Source: an uncultured Armatimonadia bacterium
GTDB taxonomy: Bacteria; Armatimonadota; Zipacnadia; CAVVLO01
Reading direction: 5' to 3'
NCBI GenBank assembly: GCA_963749155.1
Contig: CAVVLO010000002.1
Span: forward strand, 224,001-288,000
DNA: 64,000 nt
Position 1 is the first letter of the stretch. Each line of letters opens with the position of its first letter. This document shows positions 29,893 through 42,192 of this stretch, piece after piece. Below the pieces are notes generated by a model. The model was not told the origin of the DNA and did not search any database. It saw nothing but the letters and a program-made list of their open reading frames with translations. The position numbers and the translations under genes are program-made.

Positions 29893-32310
29893 TGCGCGCT
29901 CCTCTTTACTTCGATCTTTACAGGACGCAGACTGAGCAGCACCCGTATGCGCCCATCGGAGAGTTGCTCCCAGGCATGGTAGGGCTTGCCAGCGACCCTT
30001 ACATCCGGCACGCCCTGCCCGGCTGGGAAGGTGACCTCCAGTCTCGAGCGATCTCCCGGCTTGATATGGCTTCCTTCCAGACTTACATAACCAGTTCCTG
30101 CCTCGATAGTCAGGTGACTGCCTCGGTAGAAGACCTTGCGCGCGCCAAGTTTGGGCAGTTCAGCAGGCAAGGCAGGGGCTATCTCCAGCACCCCATCACG
30201 CCAGGTATTTACTCCGAGGAAGGCATACAGGGGGAAGGTTGTGCCGCAGGAAGAATCCGAAAGGAACTCTCTGTCCAGCCCCAGCCCGCCGGATGCGTCG
30301 CCCCCTTGTTGCCGACCCCGTTCAGGATGGCCTGCGTAATAAGCGCGATAAAAGTCTCGCCCTTCTCCGCCAGCGGCCTTCACATCGGCATACCAGGCCT
30401 CGATAACCTTCGTGCGCTGCCAGGCGCGTTCAAGCTGTTCTGGCTGCCCGGTCTGGCAGCGGGTAATAAGCTCCATCAGGCTGGTCATCGGCACGGCGCC
30501 GCCGTTCTGCATCTGATAGCCCCATTGCCAGTTGTAATGGTCAGGGGCGCGCTCGTGCTCCCAGTTCCAGGGCCAGAACCAGTATTTTTCGTTATGGCGC
30601 GTGGTCGTGCGCGGGGCAAAACGCCAGTGGTAGATATCCTCGCCAGTCGCGGTGTCCCCCGGTATGATGCGCCCATCAAGCCAGGAGAGGATACTCTCAT
30701 GTTGCTCGGTGGTGCCAACGCCGTAAACCAGCGCCATCAGGTTGAAGTGGAGGAAGCCATAATCGTGTTTTGCTCCCTTCACATCAATATTGCGGCAGAA
30801 CCGGCCAGTCTCGGGCACCCAGAAGCGCCGCTCGATAGCGGCCTTTGCTTGGGCGGCAAGGCTAGCCAGAGACTCGGCTGTCTCTTTATAAACGATATGC
30901 GTCCTGTCGTCAGGGCCAATCACACTGACCTCGGGGAAGCTCCAGCCCCGCGCGGTGGCAGCGCGTTCCATCTCAGCCAGGGCCCTGAGCGCGTTGTAGT
31001 AGAAGAGTGAACTCTCGATATCAAACCTGCCTGCCGGCAGCAGATCCCAATAGCTGCCGATTAGGCCGTGCCCAGGCTCATCGCCGCCCAGCCCATCGTG
31101 GCCGACCAGCCAGGAGAGGTCCAGCAGGCCTTCCTGCCGGCCCCTGAGGTGCTCCAGCATAAATAGCATCGAACGCCTGAGCTTTGGCATCATCAGCCTG
31201 AGAAACTCATCATCTCCAGTCCACAGCCAAAACTTGCTTGCCGAGAAGGTGAGAAGGCCATTCATCACCGGCATCCGCACATCATAGCTGGCGCGCAGAT
31301 AGTTCAAAGCGATCTCGACGCCCTCGGCTGACAGCGTCGTCGGAACGAGTTTGAGGCGAGTTATACGCGCCCCTTCGCGTCCCCACTCGGGATGGAGATA
31401 CATTGGGAAGAAGAGCGGATAGCGAGCTTTCTGAGGTGAAGCCATCGGGGCGAATACTTCAGGAAAATCCGCCGGCGGCAGATCGCAGAAGTCGACTCCC
31501 ACACTACGTGCCTCGCTCCAGTCCGGCGCGTTCCGTAGTCGTCCAGCAAAGCCTTAGCCCTTCGATAAACTGGCGGGCGTCTCGCTCATCGGGGCTGATG
31601 AATTCAAGGTCGACCTCGATGATGGGAATCTGAAAAACATCGCAGTCGAAGGCCGGTGAGACCAGCTCCGGCTGCGGCCCGGTTATCTGCCCCACCAGGC
31701 GGAAGTCCTGATACTCCTCTTCAAGGGCCAGGTCACCTGACTGCCACTCAGTGTGCTGGACGTCCTGTGCGGCAGGCTGATTGAATTCCCAGCCGGTTGG
31801 CCTGTCGACTAACGTGTTGCGGTTGTATTTGGGCCAGGGCCAGGAGAAATTTGGTCGGTAGCCGCCCAGGCTGTTGTTTGGCTCAGGCAGGAAATACCCC
31901 CCATAGCAATAGCCCCACTTGTCCACCGGCACATTAAGGAGCGTATTCAGGACGTCATCTTGAGGCCCAGTATACTGGCGATTGAGCCCCATCGCGCCCC
32001 TGTCTACCCACGGCAGGAACCAGGCATCCCAGTCTTTCTCCCACATATGGTCAACGCCCCCTGGGAAGGGGCCTGACCCCCAGTAGATGCCTCCCTCATC
32101 AACTGAGAGATGCCTTCTGAGATACTCGTTGAGGAAGGCGTCATACTCGGGATCGTCTGTATAGAAGGCTGGCAGCCGGCTCCAGTCGGGCTCCAGTTGG
32201 GCGTTCGGGAGGGTCAGTCTGGGCTGCCGCGGTTCACTGGCTGGCTGGCCCAGGGCCAGGCCTGCAAGCAGGATGATAAGTAAAACTGCGATTATCATAT
32301 CTAGCCTCAT
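29889..32310 (-). CDS. Secreted uncharacterised protein, probable (alpha/alpha)6 glycoside hydrolase-like (frameshift at ~31530)
   Basis: ORF 31504-32310 (signal peptide) and ORF 29889-31502 join through TE-APDWSEARSVGVDF. Six-hairpin-like segments: WLWTGDDEFL, YWD, YYNALRALAEM, IERRFW. Confidence 0.55.
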
Positions 32311-32433
32311 TGAGACACTCCAAAAATGGTTAGCTTGTTTCGGGATTCGCGGCCAAAAGGCAGCGTCCTGCAGGGGATAGGGTCTTCTCTGTTGAAGCTT
32401 GCGCTAGCGCAAAGAGTCTGGAGGCGACCTTAA

Positions 32434-33660
32434 ATGACGACCGAACTGGCCTTTGTTGTTGTTTTCCTGTCCTTGCTGCTTGTGTTGAATGCTGTCGCAC
32501 AAGACCTTCCAAGCTTCGAACAGCAGGAGTTCCTCCTTAGTTTCTGGGTAGATCCCCCTGCGGACCAACAGACCGACGAACGCTATGCCGAGATCGCCGA
32601 GGCTAATTTCAATGTGGTGATGGGAGGCTATGGCGGTACGAGTCCAGAGGCTGTGGAGAAGCAACTTGCCCTGTGCCAGACACACGGCCTCGGCCTGCTC
32701 GCGCGCTGTCCAGACATCCCCTTCGACCAGTTGCCCGACGGGCCGGCCTGCTGGGGTTATGTGCTGCGCGATGAGCCGAGTGTGGCAGATTATCCTGGTT
32801 TGGCCAGGCAAGTGGCAGACCTGCGGATTGCCAGGCCTGGCAGGCTTGGCTATATCAACCTCTTCCCCGATTATGCCAACGAACAGCAGCTTGGTGTGCC
32901 CACCTATGAAGAGCATGTCCGCCGCTTCGTGGACGAGGTGAAGCCGGATATCCTCTCGATGGACTATTACCCCTACTTCGGGCCGAACGACGATTGGCGC
33001 GATGGCTACTGCGGCAACGTCGCGGTGATGCGGGAGCATTCGCTAAGAGCGGGCATCCCCTTCTGGAACTTCTTCAATGTGATGCCTTTCGCCTTCCACA
33101 CTGACCCGACGACTGACCAGTTGCGCTGGCAGATGCACGCATCGATCACTTACGGCGCCAAGGGACTGATGTATTTCTGCTATTGGACGCCGGGCGGCCC
33201 CAAAGGTGGCGCCATCATCGCCCAAGATGGCCGCAAGACTCGCCACTGGTGGCAGGCGAAGCGACTGAATGCCGAGGTCAAGGCTCTGGGGCCAACGTTG
33301 ATGCAGCTCACCAGCACCAAGGTTACCAGGGTGAAGCCGGGCGAGGAGGCCGACCTTTCCGGCACAGGGCTTGTCAGACTCTGGCGCGCCGAGCCAGGAG
33401 CCGACCCCGAACTGGACCTGCTGGTGGGCGCTTTCAACCACGCGGACGGCCGCCACGCTGTGATGCTGATGAACTACCGCTACGCTTTTACCGCCTGGCC
33501 AAGTGTCGAATTCGACGTCCCCGCCGACCAGGTGCTGGAAGTGGACAAGCGCACTGGCGAAGCACAGCCAGTGATTGACGACAGTCCTGACCTCGAAGGG
33601 CTGCAGCTCTCACTGGATGCGGGCGAGGGCCGGCTGTTCTTGCTGCCCGCAAGCAAGTAG
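32434..33660 (+). CDS. Secreted uncharacterised TIM-barrel glycoside hydrolase-like protein, paralog 1
   Basis: Signal peptide; GYVLRDEP, INLFP, SMDYYP, YGAKGLMYFCYW. Confidence 0.6.
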   Translation: MTTELAFVVVFLSLLLVLNAVAQDLPSFEQQEFLLSFWVDPPADQQTDERYAEIAEANFNVVMGGYGGTSPEAVEKQLALCQTHGLGLLARCPDIPFDQLPDGPACWGYVLRDEPSVADYPGLARQVADLRIARPGRLGYINLFPDYANEQQLGVPTYEEHVRRFVDEVKPDILSMDYYPYFGPNDDWRDGYCGNVAVMREHSLRAGIPFWNFFNVMPFAFHTDPTTDQLRWQMHASITYGAKGLMYFCYWTPGGPKGGAIIAQDGRKTRHWWQAKRLNAEVKALGPTLMQLTSTKVTRVKPGEEADLSGTGLVRLWRAEPGADPELDLLVGAFNHADGRHAVMLMNYRYAFTAWPSVEFDVPADQVLEVDKRTGEAQPVIDDSPDLEGLQLSLDAGEGRLFLLPASK

Positions 33661-33708
33661 CAGCAGGGCACCTACTCTCTTTGCTGGATTTTATGGAGGT
33701 CTTGGTTT

Positions 33709-34947
33709 ATGAACACCGAGTTACTGGTTATCACCATCCTTTTCATATTGCTTGCGCTCTCGCTCGGAGTCGGAGCTCAGGACTTGCCCAGGTTCCATCA
33801 GAGACAATTCGCAATCAGCTTCTGGGTAGGCCCTCCTGCCGAATACGCCACCGATGAAGCCTATGCCCAGATACGGGAGGCTGGCTTCAATGTGGTGATG
33901 GGGGGCTTTGGTGGCAGCAGCCCTGAGGCAATGCAGCAGCAGATCGACCTTTGCCAGAAACACGGACTGCGACTGCTTGCTCACTCGCCTGGCACCCCGG
34001 CTGACCAACTGCCAGCCAGTCCGGCCATCTGGGGTTATATGCTGAGAGATGAACCCAACACCGCAGGTTTCGCAGAGCTCGCCACGCAGGTAGCCGAGAT
34101 TCGCGCTGCCAGGCCGTATAAGCTTTCCTACATAAATCTGCTGCCTGACTATGCCAACGCCGGCCAGCTTGGCGCGCCGACCTATACGGACTATGTGAAG
34201 CGCTTCATCGACGAGGTCAAGCCAGATGTCCTGTCGATGGACTACTATCCAATCTTCAAGCCCGAGGGAGACGGCCGCGATGGCTATTGCGGCTGCCTTG
34301 CTGTGATGCGTGAGCAGTCGCTTGAGGCGGGCATCCCGTACTGGAACTTCTTCAACGCGATGCCCTATGGCCCGCATACTGACCCGACCGAAGATCAGCT
34401 CCGGTGGCAAATTTATGCCACCCTCGTCTATGGGGCCAAGGGCATAATGTACTTCTGCTACTGGACGCCGCGCGGAGGAGAATTTCCCAAGGGAGGCGCC
34501 ATCGTAACCGCTGATGGTCGGCGGACGCGTCATTGGTGGCAGGCACAGCGCCTGAACTCCGAACTGCAGTTCCTCGGTTCCACCCTGATGCAGCTTACCA
34601 GCACCAAGGTCACACGTGTGAAGCCAGGGGAGGAAGCCGACCTTACCGGCACAGGCCTCGCGCGCCTCTGGCGGGCCGAGCCTGCGGCTGATCCGGAACT
34701 CGATCTGCTGATTGGCTCCTTTATACACCGAGACGGTCGCCGCGCTGTGTTGCTGATGAACTATCGGTTCGCCCACACCGCCTGGCCGAGTGTCGAGTTT
34801 GAAGTGCCAGCCGACCAGGTGCTGGAAGTGGACAAGCGGACCGGCGAGGAGCGCCCTGTGATTGACGACAGCCCTGACCTTGAAGGCTTGCAGGTCTCAC
34901 TGGATGCAGGTGAGGGCCGGTTGTTCTTGCTGCCAGCCAGTGAATGA
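33709..34947 (+). CDS. Secreted uncharacterised TIM-barrel glycoside hydrolase-like protein, paralog 2 (tandem duplicate)
   Basis: Colinear with and highly similar to 32434-33660 over the full length. Confidence 0.6.
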   Translation: MNTELLVITILFILLALSLGVGAQDLPRFHQRQFAISFWVGPPAEYATDEAYAQIREAGFNVVMGGFGGSSPEAMQQQIDLCQKHGLRLLAHSPGTPADQLPASPAIWGYMLRDEPNTAGFAELATQVAEIRAARPYKLSYINLLPDYANAGQLGAPTYTDYVKRFIDEVKPDVLSMDYYPIFKPEGDGRDGYCGCLAVMREQSLEAGIPYWNFFNAMPYGPHTDPTEDQLRWQIYATLVYGAKGIMYFCYWTPRGGEFPKGGAIVTADGRRTRHWWQAQRLNSELQFLGSTLMQLTSTKVTRVKPGEEADLTGTGLARLWRAEPAADPELDLLIGSFIHRDGRRAVLLMNYRFAHTAWPSVEFEVPADQVLEVDKRTGEERPVIDDSPDLEGLQVSLDAGEGRLFLLPASE

Positions 34948-34957
34948 GGTGTAGAGG

Positions 34958-37506
34958 ATGAAACGTATTGCGCTGCTGCTTCTGCTGCTTGCGGTCGCGG
35001 GTCTGGCAGGCAGCCGCCCACTCGAGACCTGGCGCTTTGAGGGCTTCGGCTCCTGGGCCAACAGCAACGTGCAGAGCGCCGTCGGCCTGCCAGGCGAAGA
35101 GGGTACGGTACTGGAGCCCGAGGGTGCCATAGCCGGCCCGAACGTCCGGCTCGAGCTTACCCTCAATGGCGAGGCCTTGGTGACCGAGGCCCAGCCCCGG
35201 ACGCTGATTGAAGGGCGCTTGCCACTGGTGGAGACCGAGCGCAGCACTGGGGAGATAACAGCAAGACTTACGCTCTTCCGCGCCCCGGTTGAGGGACGTC
35301 CAGACATCGCTTTGGTGAAACTCGCTAACTCCGGTTCGACGGCGAGGACTTGCCACCTCGGCTTCACCGCGACGCTGGGGCAGGGCGAGTCGCCTGTTGT
35401 CGGTGATTCACTAATCCAGCAGGAAAAGGTCGTCCTCCTGACAAGCCCTGGCTCTGGCCTGGCGGTACAGAATACGGATCTGCGGGCCGAGTCGCTCGTG
35501 GCTGGGATATCGCGCTGGGCAACGGTCGGCGCCAAGGTGCAACAGGCTTTCGGCAATATCCGGGTCGGCTGGGGAGGAGAGCCCATCAGGTACCACTATA
35601 CCTGCGAGCCGGGCGCCAGAGCGAAAGTCTTTCTCGGCTTGATGGAAGGCTACTGGCACGAGGCGGGCCAGCGAGTGCAGTGGTTCCAGGTCGAAGGCGC
35701 CCCTTCGGTCTCTCTCGACCTTTACTCCGAACACGGCAACTCGCCTTTCATCCTGCCCTTCGAGGCGAGTGACACCAATGGTGACGGCCAAATCGATATC
35801 GCGACCGGCCCGGCCCCAGGTGCAGGCGATATCAACAGCCTGCTCAACGTTATCTGGGTCTTCCCACCGAGCAGGGAGGTTGCAGATACCGACCTGATCC
35901 AGGGTACTGCCAACGCGCAGGCACTGGCCTGGGTGGACTGCGGGGTCAGCGACCTTTTTCAGGCTACCGGCGGCTGGGACTTAAGCCTGGCGCCCGGCGA
36001 AACGCTCGAGCGCTGGCTGTTGATGCCCAGCGCCCCTGTGGAACAGCTCGGGGCCTTCGACGTGGCGAAGCTGAAGGTTAGCACCATCGGCTGGTGGCAA
36101 CGCTTCAACTCGAGACTTGCCCACTACCAGGTGCCCGATTCTGCCGTGATGGACATGTATTACGCCTCGGTCGCCAACGTCGCCATCGCCGCCGACCGGG
36201 TTGGCGAGTATCTGGTGGTGAAGCCGGGCGAGACCATCTACGATGGCTTCTGGTACCGCGATGGCGCCTATCTGCAGCAGGCGCTGGACCTTTCCGGGCT
36301 TGCCGAGATGGCCCGCGATGCGATCAAGCCCTTCTACCACCAGGGGCTGCCGGACGAATTGAAGTACATCGAGCAGCGGCCGGACGGCTCCTGGCAGCAA
36401 CCCCCGCTCGAATGGGACGGGATGGGCCAGGCGCCCTGGGCTATCCTGCGCCACTCGGAGCTTGCCGGCGATATGAAGACGCTGCAAGAAGCCTGGCCGG
36501 CGCTTGCCCGCGGGGCCGACTGGACTATCAAGGCGCGCGCGGAAAACTCCGCCGACCTCTCGCCGGACGCTCCTGGTTATGGGCTGCTGCCTATCGGCGA
36601 GGGCGAGGCCATCGCACACGGGTATATCTACTACCACAACTTCTGGGCCTTGTATGGATTGGAGTTGACTGCGCGCGCCGCCCGCCTACTGGGCCAGAGG
36701 GAAGAGGAGCCGATTACTACCAGGCGGCCTGGGACGAGTATCGCAAGGCCCTCTATCAGTCCATCCGGCGCTGGTGGGTGTCCACCGAGGAGGGCGGCTA
36801 TGTGCCCGGCGAGCCGGGCAAGCCCGCTACCCGGGTCTGGGGCGATGTGAATCTGCTCTGGCCTTGTGGAGTCTACTCTCCAGGCAACCGCTTGTTGCGA
36901 CAGACTCTCGACTTCCTCGAAAGCAACAACCTCGAAGGGCAATACCAGTTCATCACCAACGTGAAGATATGGCCGTATATCTCCACCGACTGGGCCCAGA
37001 CTTATCTGCGACTCGGAGAGCGCGAGAAGGCTCAAGGACTCTTCTGGGCATACCTCAACCACGCGGCGACGAACCGGGCCTGGATAGAGGAGATCTATCC
37101 TGACGCCACCCGCGTCGGCACAGGCGATATGCCCCACTGCTGGGCAGCGGCTGATTACATAATGCTGCTGCGTGCGCTGCTGGTGAATGAGGGCCCAGGT
37201 GACACGCTGGAACTGCTCTCCGGAGCACCTCGCGCCTGGTTACTCGGCGAAGGCATCCAGGTGAAGCGGGCGCCAACGACTCACGGCGAGTTAAACTTGT
37301 CAGCGAAAATCAGGGGCAGTCGGCTTGTGATCGAACTGGACTCGCCGGATCGTTCTCCAGCTTGTCTCAAACTCGACCTGGCGGGCTTGCTTGGCGCCTG
37401 TGTGCCGGAGGTTTTTGTAAACGGCAAGTCGCTGGAGCCCGAGGGCGGCCAAGTTTGGCTGGTGACCTTGCCGAACGAGCACTCCAGCCTGGAGGTACCT
37501 CTCTAG
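34958..37506 (+). CDS. Secreted malectin-like plus six-hairpin glycosidase-like protein (frameshift at ~36708)
   Basis: YDGFWYRDGAY and EWDGMGQ in ORF 34958-36850; WIEE, GDMPHCWAAA and APTTHG in the 3' part of ORF 36094-37506. Confidence 0.65.
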
Positions 37507-37507
37507 G

Positions 37508-39587
37508 ATGCGGGCCGCTTTCTTGCTGGCGTTTGCACTGCTCGCGTCTTGGACCTGGGCGAGTGCCTTCCAGACCTTGGTCGAGGATTATGAGAGCTTC
37601 CCAGTGGGGCAAGGCTATGCCTCGGTGAGGTGGGAAGGGCCGATAACGCTCACGCCACCGTGCATCCAGCGCGCTCCGGACGGCGGCAAGCGGTTGGGCT
37701 TCTCCTTCGCTACGACAGTGCCCGCAGACGAGTGGTTCGAGGCAGAAGCGGCAGCCAACACCGGAGCCGTCGTCTACTCGGATCCCAATGCCTCGGGGGG
37801 ACAGGCCATCGGCTCCTTTGGGGAGAAAGCCGGCGACTACCTGGAGTTCGCCGACCTGCCCCGCGCGAGCAAGCTGACCCTCTACTACAATAATGGCACC
37901 GGCAAGACGACCCAGGCGGGGCTGTATATCGCCGGCAAACGCGTGGCGACCCTCTCCTTCCCAGACACAGGTGGCTGGTACTCCGTATTCAAGCCATTGA
38001 TATGGGAAGGAACCGTCTCCGGTCCTGTCCGCTTGCAGACCGACACTGAGGATGTCGCCGCCAATGGCACCTTCTGCTGCAACCTCGATGCTATCAGCCT
38101 CGGAGAACCCAGCGCCCAGCCGACTTTCGTTTTGGTAGTACCCTTGATTGCACCCGATCTCGATCAGCCGGTCGAGGCAGTGAGCTTCGAACTCGGCAGT
38201 CCTGGTCTGAAACTGCAGTTCGGCGTGCTGGAGGGCCCTGGCAACCGCCTGCTGTGGAGCGAGCCTTTCTACCCGCGCGGCACGGCGCCAGGCGCGCCTC
38301 AAGAACTGGCTACTGAGGTGACTGGGCGGTATACGATTCTGCTCGCCGACCTCAAGCCTGCTGTCCACAGCCTGCCTGCAGGCTCGATTAAAGAGCTGCG
38401 GATCAGGGCCACCTGTCCGCGCACGACCTTCAGCGGGCAGCCTGTGGGTGGACAACGTCATCCTCGCCTCGGGCTGGCCTTCGACTCCGCCTGCAGACTG
38501 CCCTTTCGAGCCTTCGCGCGACCTGGCAGGCATCAGCTTCACCGGGCGCCACATTGAATACACCAACGCCGATACCTGGTATCCGACCTGGGCCGCTGAT
38601 GGCAACCTTTACTCGCCCTTCACCGATGGCAGCGTGGACGGGGTGATGTCTCTCTCGGACAACGCCAACGCCACCACTGGGATGGCTGTCATCGAAGGGG
38701 ACGACCCGCTGGCGCTGAAGGTGACGCCGCTTGGCATCTACACTTCGCGCCCCTGGCCCTTCGCCACGCGCTACCCCTGTGGCAGCCTCATCGCCAAGGG
38801 CGTGTGGTATTTCGGCACTTACATCCTTAACGGAGACGGGCGACCAAACGGCGAGAACACGATGCAGGGGCCCTTCGTGGGTTTTCGTACCTCAACTGAT
38901 TATGGCAAGAATTGGACCGAGACGCCCCGAACCCCGCTGGACAATCTCTTTGGCGAACTGGTGGACATGGTGCCAGGCGGCTACAGCCGCATCAAGATGG
39001 GCTCCCCGCACTTCGTAGACTTCGGGCAGGAGCTGGAGCACTCACCCGATGGCATGGCCTATCTGCTCGCCCACGGTAATACCGACCCGGCGCGTCCTCA
39101 GACCTGGATACTCGGCGACAACGTTTATCTCGTCCGCGCCAAACCAACACTCGAAACGCTTAACGACCGAGACTCCTACGAGGCCTTTTGCGGTTATGAG
39201 GCTTCAGGCAAGGCAAAATGGGGCAGATTTCAGGACATCCAGCCACTGCTGTCCTGGCCTGGCCGGACGGGCTGCGTTACTGCTACCTACAATGCGCCGC
39301 TGGAAAAGTACTTTATGTGCGTGAGCACCGGTGAGCATGTCTGGTCACCCTTCGACACCTATATACTGGAAGCCGACGACCTGACCGGCCCCTGGCGGCT
39401 GGTGACCTATATGAGGGAGTTCGGGCGGCAGGCATACTTCGTTAACCTGCCAAGCAAGTTCATCAGCGAGGACGGGCTGACGATGTGGCTTTGCTACAGC
39501 GCCAACTGGACGGGCCACGACGCCAGCCCCCGGTATGGGCGATATGGGATGTGCCTGCGCGAGATACGCCTGGTGCCGAAAGATTAG
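37508..39587 (+). CDS. Secreted CBM6/35-like plus beta-propeller (DUF4185-like) protein (1-nt insertion at ~38435)
   Basis: FEAEAA..ASGGQAIG..FPDTGGW..NLDAI carbohydrate-binding module; C-terminal ADTWYPTWAADGNLY..RTSTDYGKNW..AYFVNLPSKF. Confidence 0.6.
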
Positions 39588-42192
39588 CCCGCGACTTGCA
39601 CCAGCAGGTGGTGGACAACATCGTCATCCTGCAAGGCCGGAAGCAGTGACCCGGGCAGCCCCTTGCCGTCGAGCCACAGACCCGGCTCGTTGGCTCGTTT
39701 TACCTCGATGTCATAGTACACGCCGCGCAGCTCCAGCCCTTCGACCTGGAAGCCCCCCCAGTCACTGGGCAGGTGCGGATCCAGCGCCAGCCCGCCTGCC
39801 TTCAGTTCGAGTCCAAGCAGGCCAAAGAGCAGCGCCCTCACCGAGCGTCCTGCCGTCCAGGAATAGCCTCGACTGGTTACCTGGCCCTCCGGCGTGAAGG
39901 CCTCGGGGGCACAATAACCCAAAGCAGCTTCCTGCGCCTGCCCACTTGCGCGCCAGTGTGATTGCATCATCAGACCTGCCGGTGACGAAGAGGGCATGGA
40001 CGAGATTCCAGCGCATAAAAGCCCAGACCAGCCCCGAGCCAGGCACCGCATGGTCGGCGTCGAGATGCAGGGGGCCCCACTCCGTCATCGACGGCGGGGT
40101 AAGGAGACGCGCAAGACTGGTAGAGGTAAGCTCCGACGTCGCAAAGCCATACTCCAGCGGCAGCACTGCGTTATGGTTGGTGGCGGGCGCCCGGTTGTGG
40201 TCAGCGTCCAGCCAGCCGGCATAACCCTCCACTCCGCCGAATCGCTGGTTGATGGCTTGGCTGATCGCTTCAGCTTGCAGCTGACCACTCGACGGAAAGC
40301 TCGTGACTGCCTGCGAGTCCAGCGGCTTCTGCCCCAAGCTTGAAGGCCTGATACCAGAAGCTACTGGCATAAAGCAGCTCGTGATCCCACGGACGCGGAT
40401 CAGGATGCTCGGGGAAGGTAGAGGTATCCCAGTCATCCAGGCTATCTCCATCCGAATCAAATTCGGAGAAGCGTTCCAGCGCCTGCTGGATGCGCGGAAA
40501 GAAAGACTCGGTCAGGCGTCCATCTCCGCTCCACAGCAGCAAGCCTGCCGCTCCGATAACCCACTGGGGCAGTTGGCCTATCTTGAGACTTGAGCAGAAG
40601 ACCGTCCCATCGCCGGAGATCCACTCGACTGACTCAGGCGCGCCAAACCGCCACAGCGCATCAAGAGTAGCCTCGAGTGTTGGGTAGAACTGTTGGCCTA
40701 GTAATCCCCCTTCCAGCGCCGACTGGCAGCAGTCGTTGGCGAAGACGCCGTGATAGACAGGTGAGGCGGTAAGCACAGTTACAAGCTCATTGGCTGCCCC
40801 CTCTCCAAGCGAGGCTGGCTCGCCGAAAGGCAGCGTCCTGGTATCTCGCAGCGCCCAGAGCTTGCTCTGCTCGAAATAGTAATCAAGCGCAGGCACAGGA
40901 GTGATGAGTTTTGGAGTTGCGGCCAAAAATCCCTGGGCCTCGCTTCGCACTGCAGCAGCTTCTACCTCGGCGTTATGCAACAAGCCCTGGGCCAGCGCGC
41001 GCAAGGAGGCTCCGGTGTCAGAAGCCTCCTGGTCGGCTGCGACTACAAGAATCAGTTGCTTGTGTTGCCCAGGCGCCAGGTTCAATTTGGTACTGCCGGC
41101 TGCCTTGCGCGCAGAGACGCCAGGTGGAGCAGCAAATTCCCAGGTCAGAGTTTCTGGTCCAGTGAGCGCAACCAGTTTCAGTTCCGGAAATTCAGAGTCT
41201 ACTGCGAGCAGTCCACCCTCAATCAGGCCAAGGTGGTCGGGCGCTCGCCTCGCGAATTTCTGGAACCACCCCACATTGGGCTCAAGCTGCGCGCTAACCG
41301 ATACCTGAGCCGGGTGAGATGCCGGATTGTGAAGCTTCAAGATAACCAGTAGCGCAGGCGCCTGGCGCGCGGGATACCACTCCAGCCTTCCCGTTACGCC
41401 AGAGGGCCAGATATGGCGACTTGCTACCCAGTTATGCCCTGTCCGACTGCCGACCAATTCAGCGCCATCGAGTTTGAAGGTCAGCTTGCTGACCCCTTCG
41501 AGCGGGGAGAAAGAGATCGGTCCGGCTGCCATATTCTCTGGGCTTACACTGGCAACACAGCGTCTGCCACTGAGATAAACTGAGTTTTCGCTGTCCACCG
41601 CTCCAAAACCTGAGGCGCCGGCATCGAGGAAAGCAAGCACCTGCGAATCGAGTTGGCCGGTCACAAGAAGCTTCTCGGCCCCCTCGGGAAGCTCCTGGGG
41701 TAGCAGCCACAGGGCGTTTAGTATGCAGTTTTGATCTACGCTGGCCGGATTGGCTCGCACCTCAAAGTAGAGCCAGCCATCCCGATCACTATCAACCGCT
41801 TCGAGCAGCACTACAAAAGGGTGATTTTGCCCCCCGCCATCTACTATCAGATCAACTGTGGCGCTCTGTTTGCCCTCAACCAGCAGGTCCACCAGGCGCT
41901 TGCCGGGCTCGTTCCAGTGGCTTTCACAGAACCCGGCTGCAATGGTGGCAGAGGAGCCTGCTTCTACCTTGGTGACATAGACCAGAGGGCTTCCCGCAAG
42001 ACCCACATCGACACTTTGGAAAGCAGGAGAGGCAGGCCCAATCGGATGCGCCCAGCCTGCCAGTTGCAGCGCTTGGCCTGGAGAAGCCTCGAACCACTGG
42101 CCTGCACTAGATGGCCTCACCACAGCCACCAGGAAGAAACCTGACATTAGCCCAACCCAAACAAGCCAGGCAGCCGAAGCGCCACCCATCAT
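39584..42192 (-). CDS. Malectin-like plus six-hairpin glycosidase-like protein (two 1-nt insertions at ~40278 and ~39938)
   Basis: ORFs 40270-42192, 39762-40460 and 39584-40051 join into one frame. DSDGDSL, YSWTAG..LFGLLGLE, DPHLPSDW resemble the tail of debranching/GH65-type enzymes. Confidence 0.55.
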
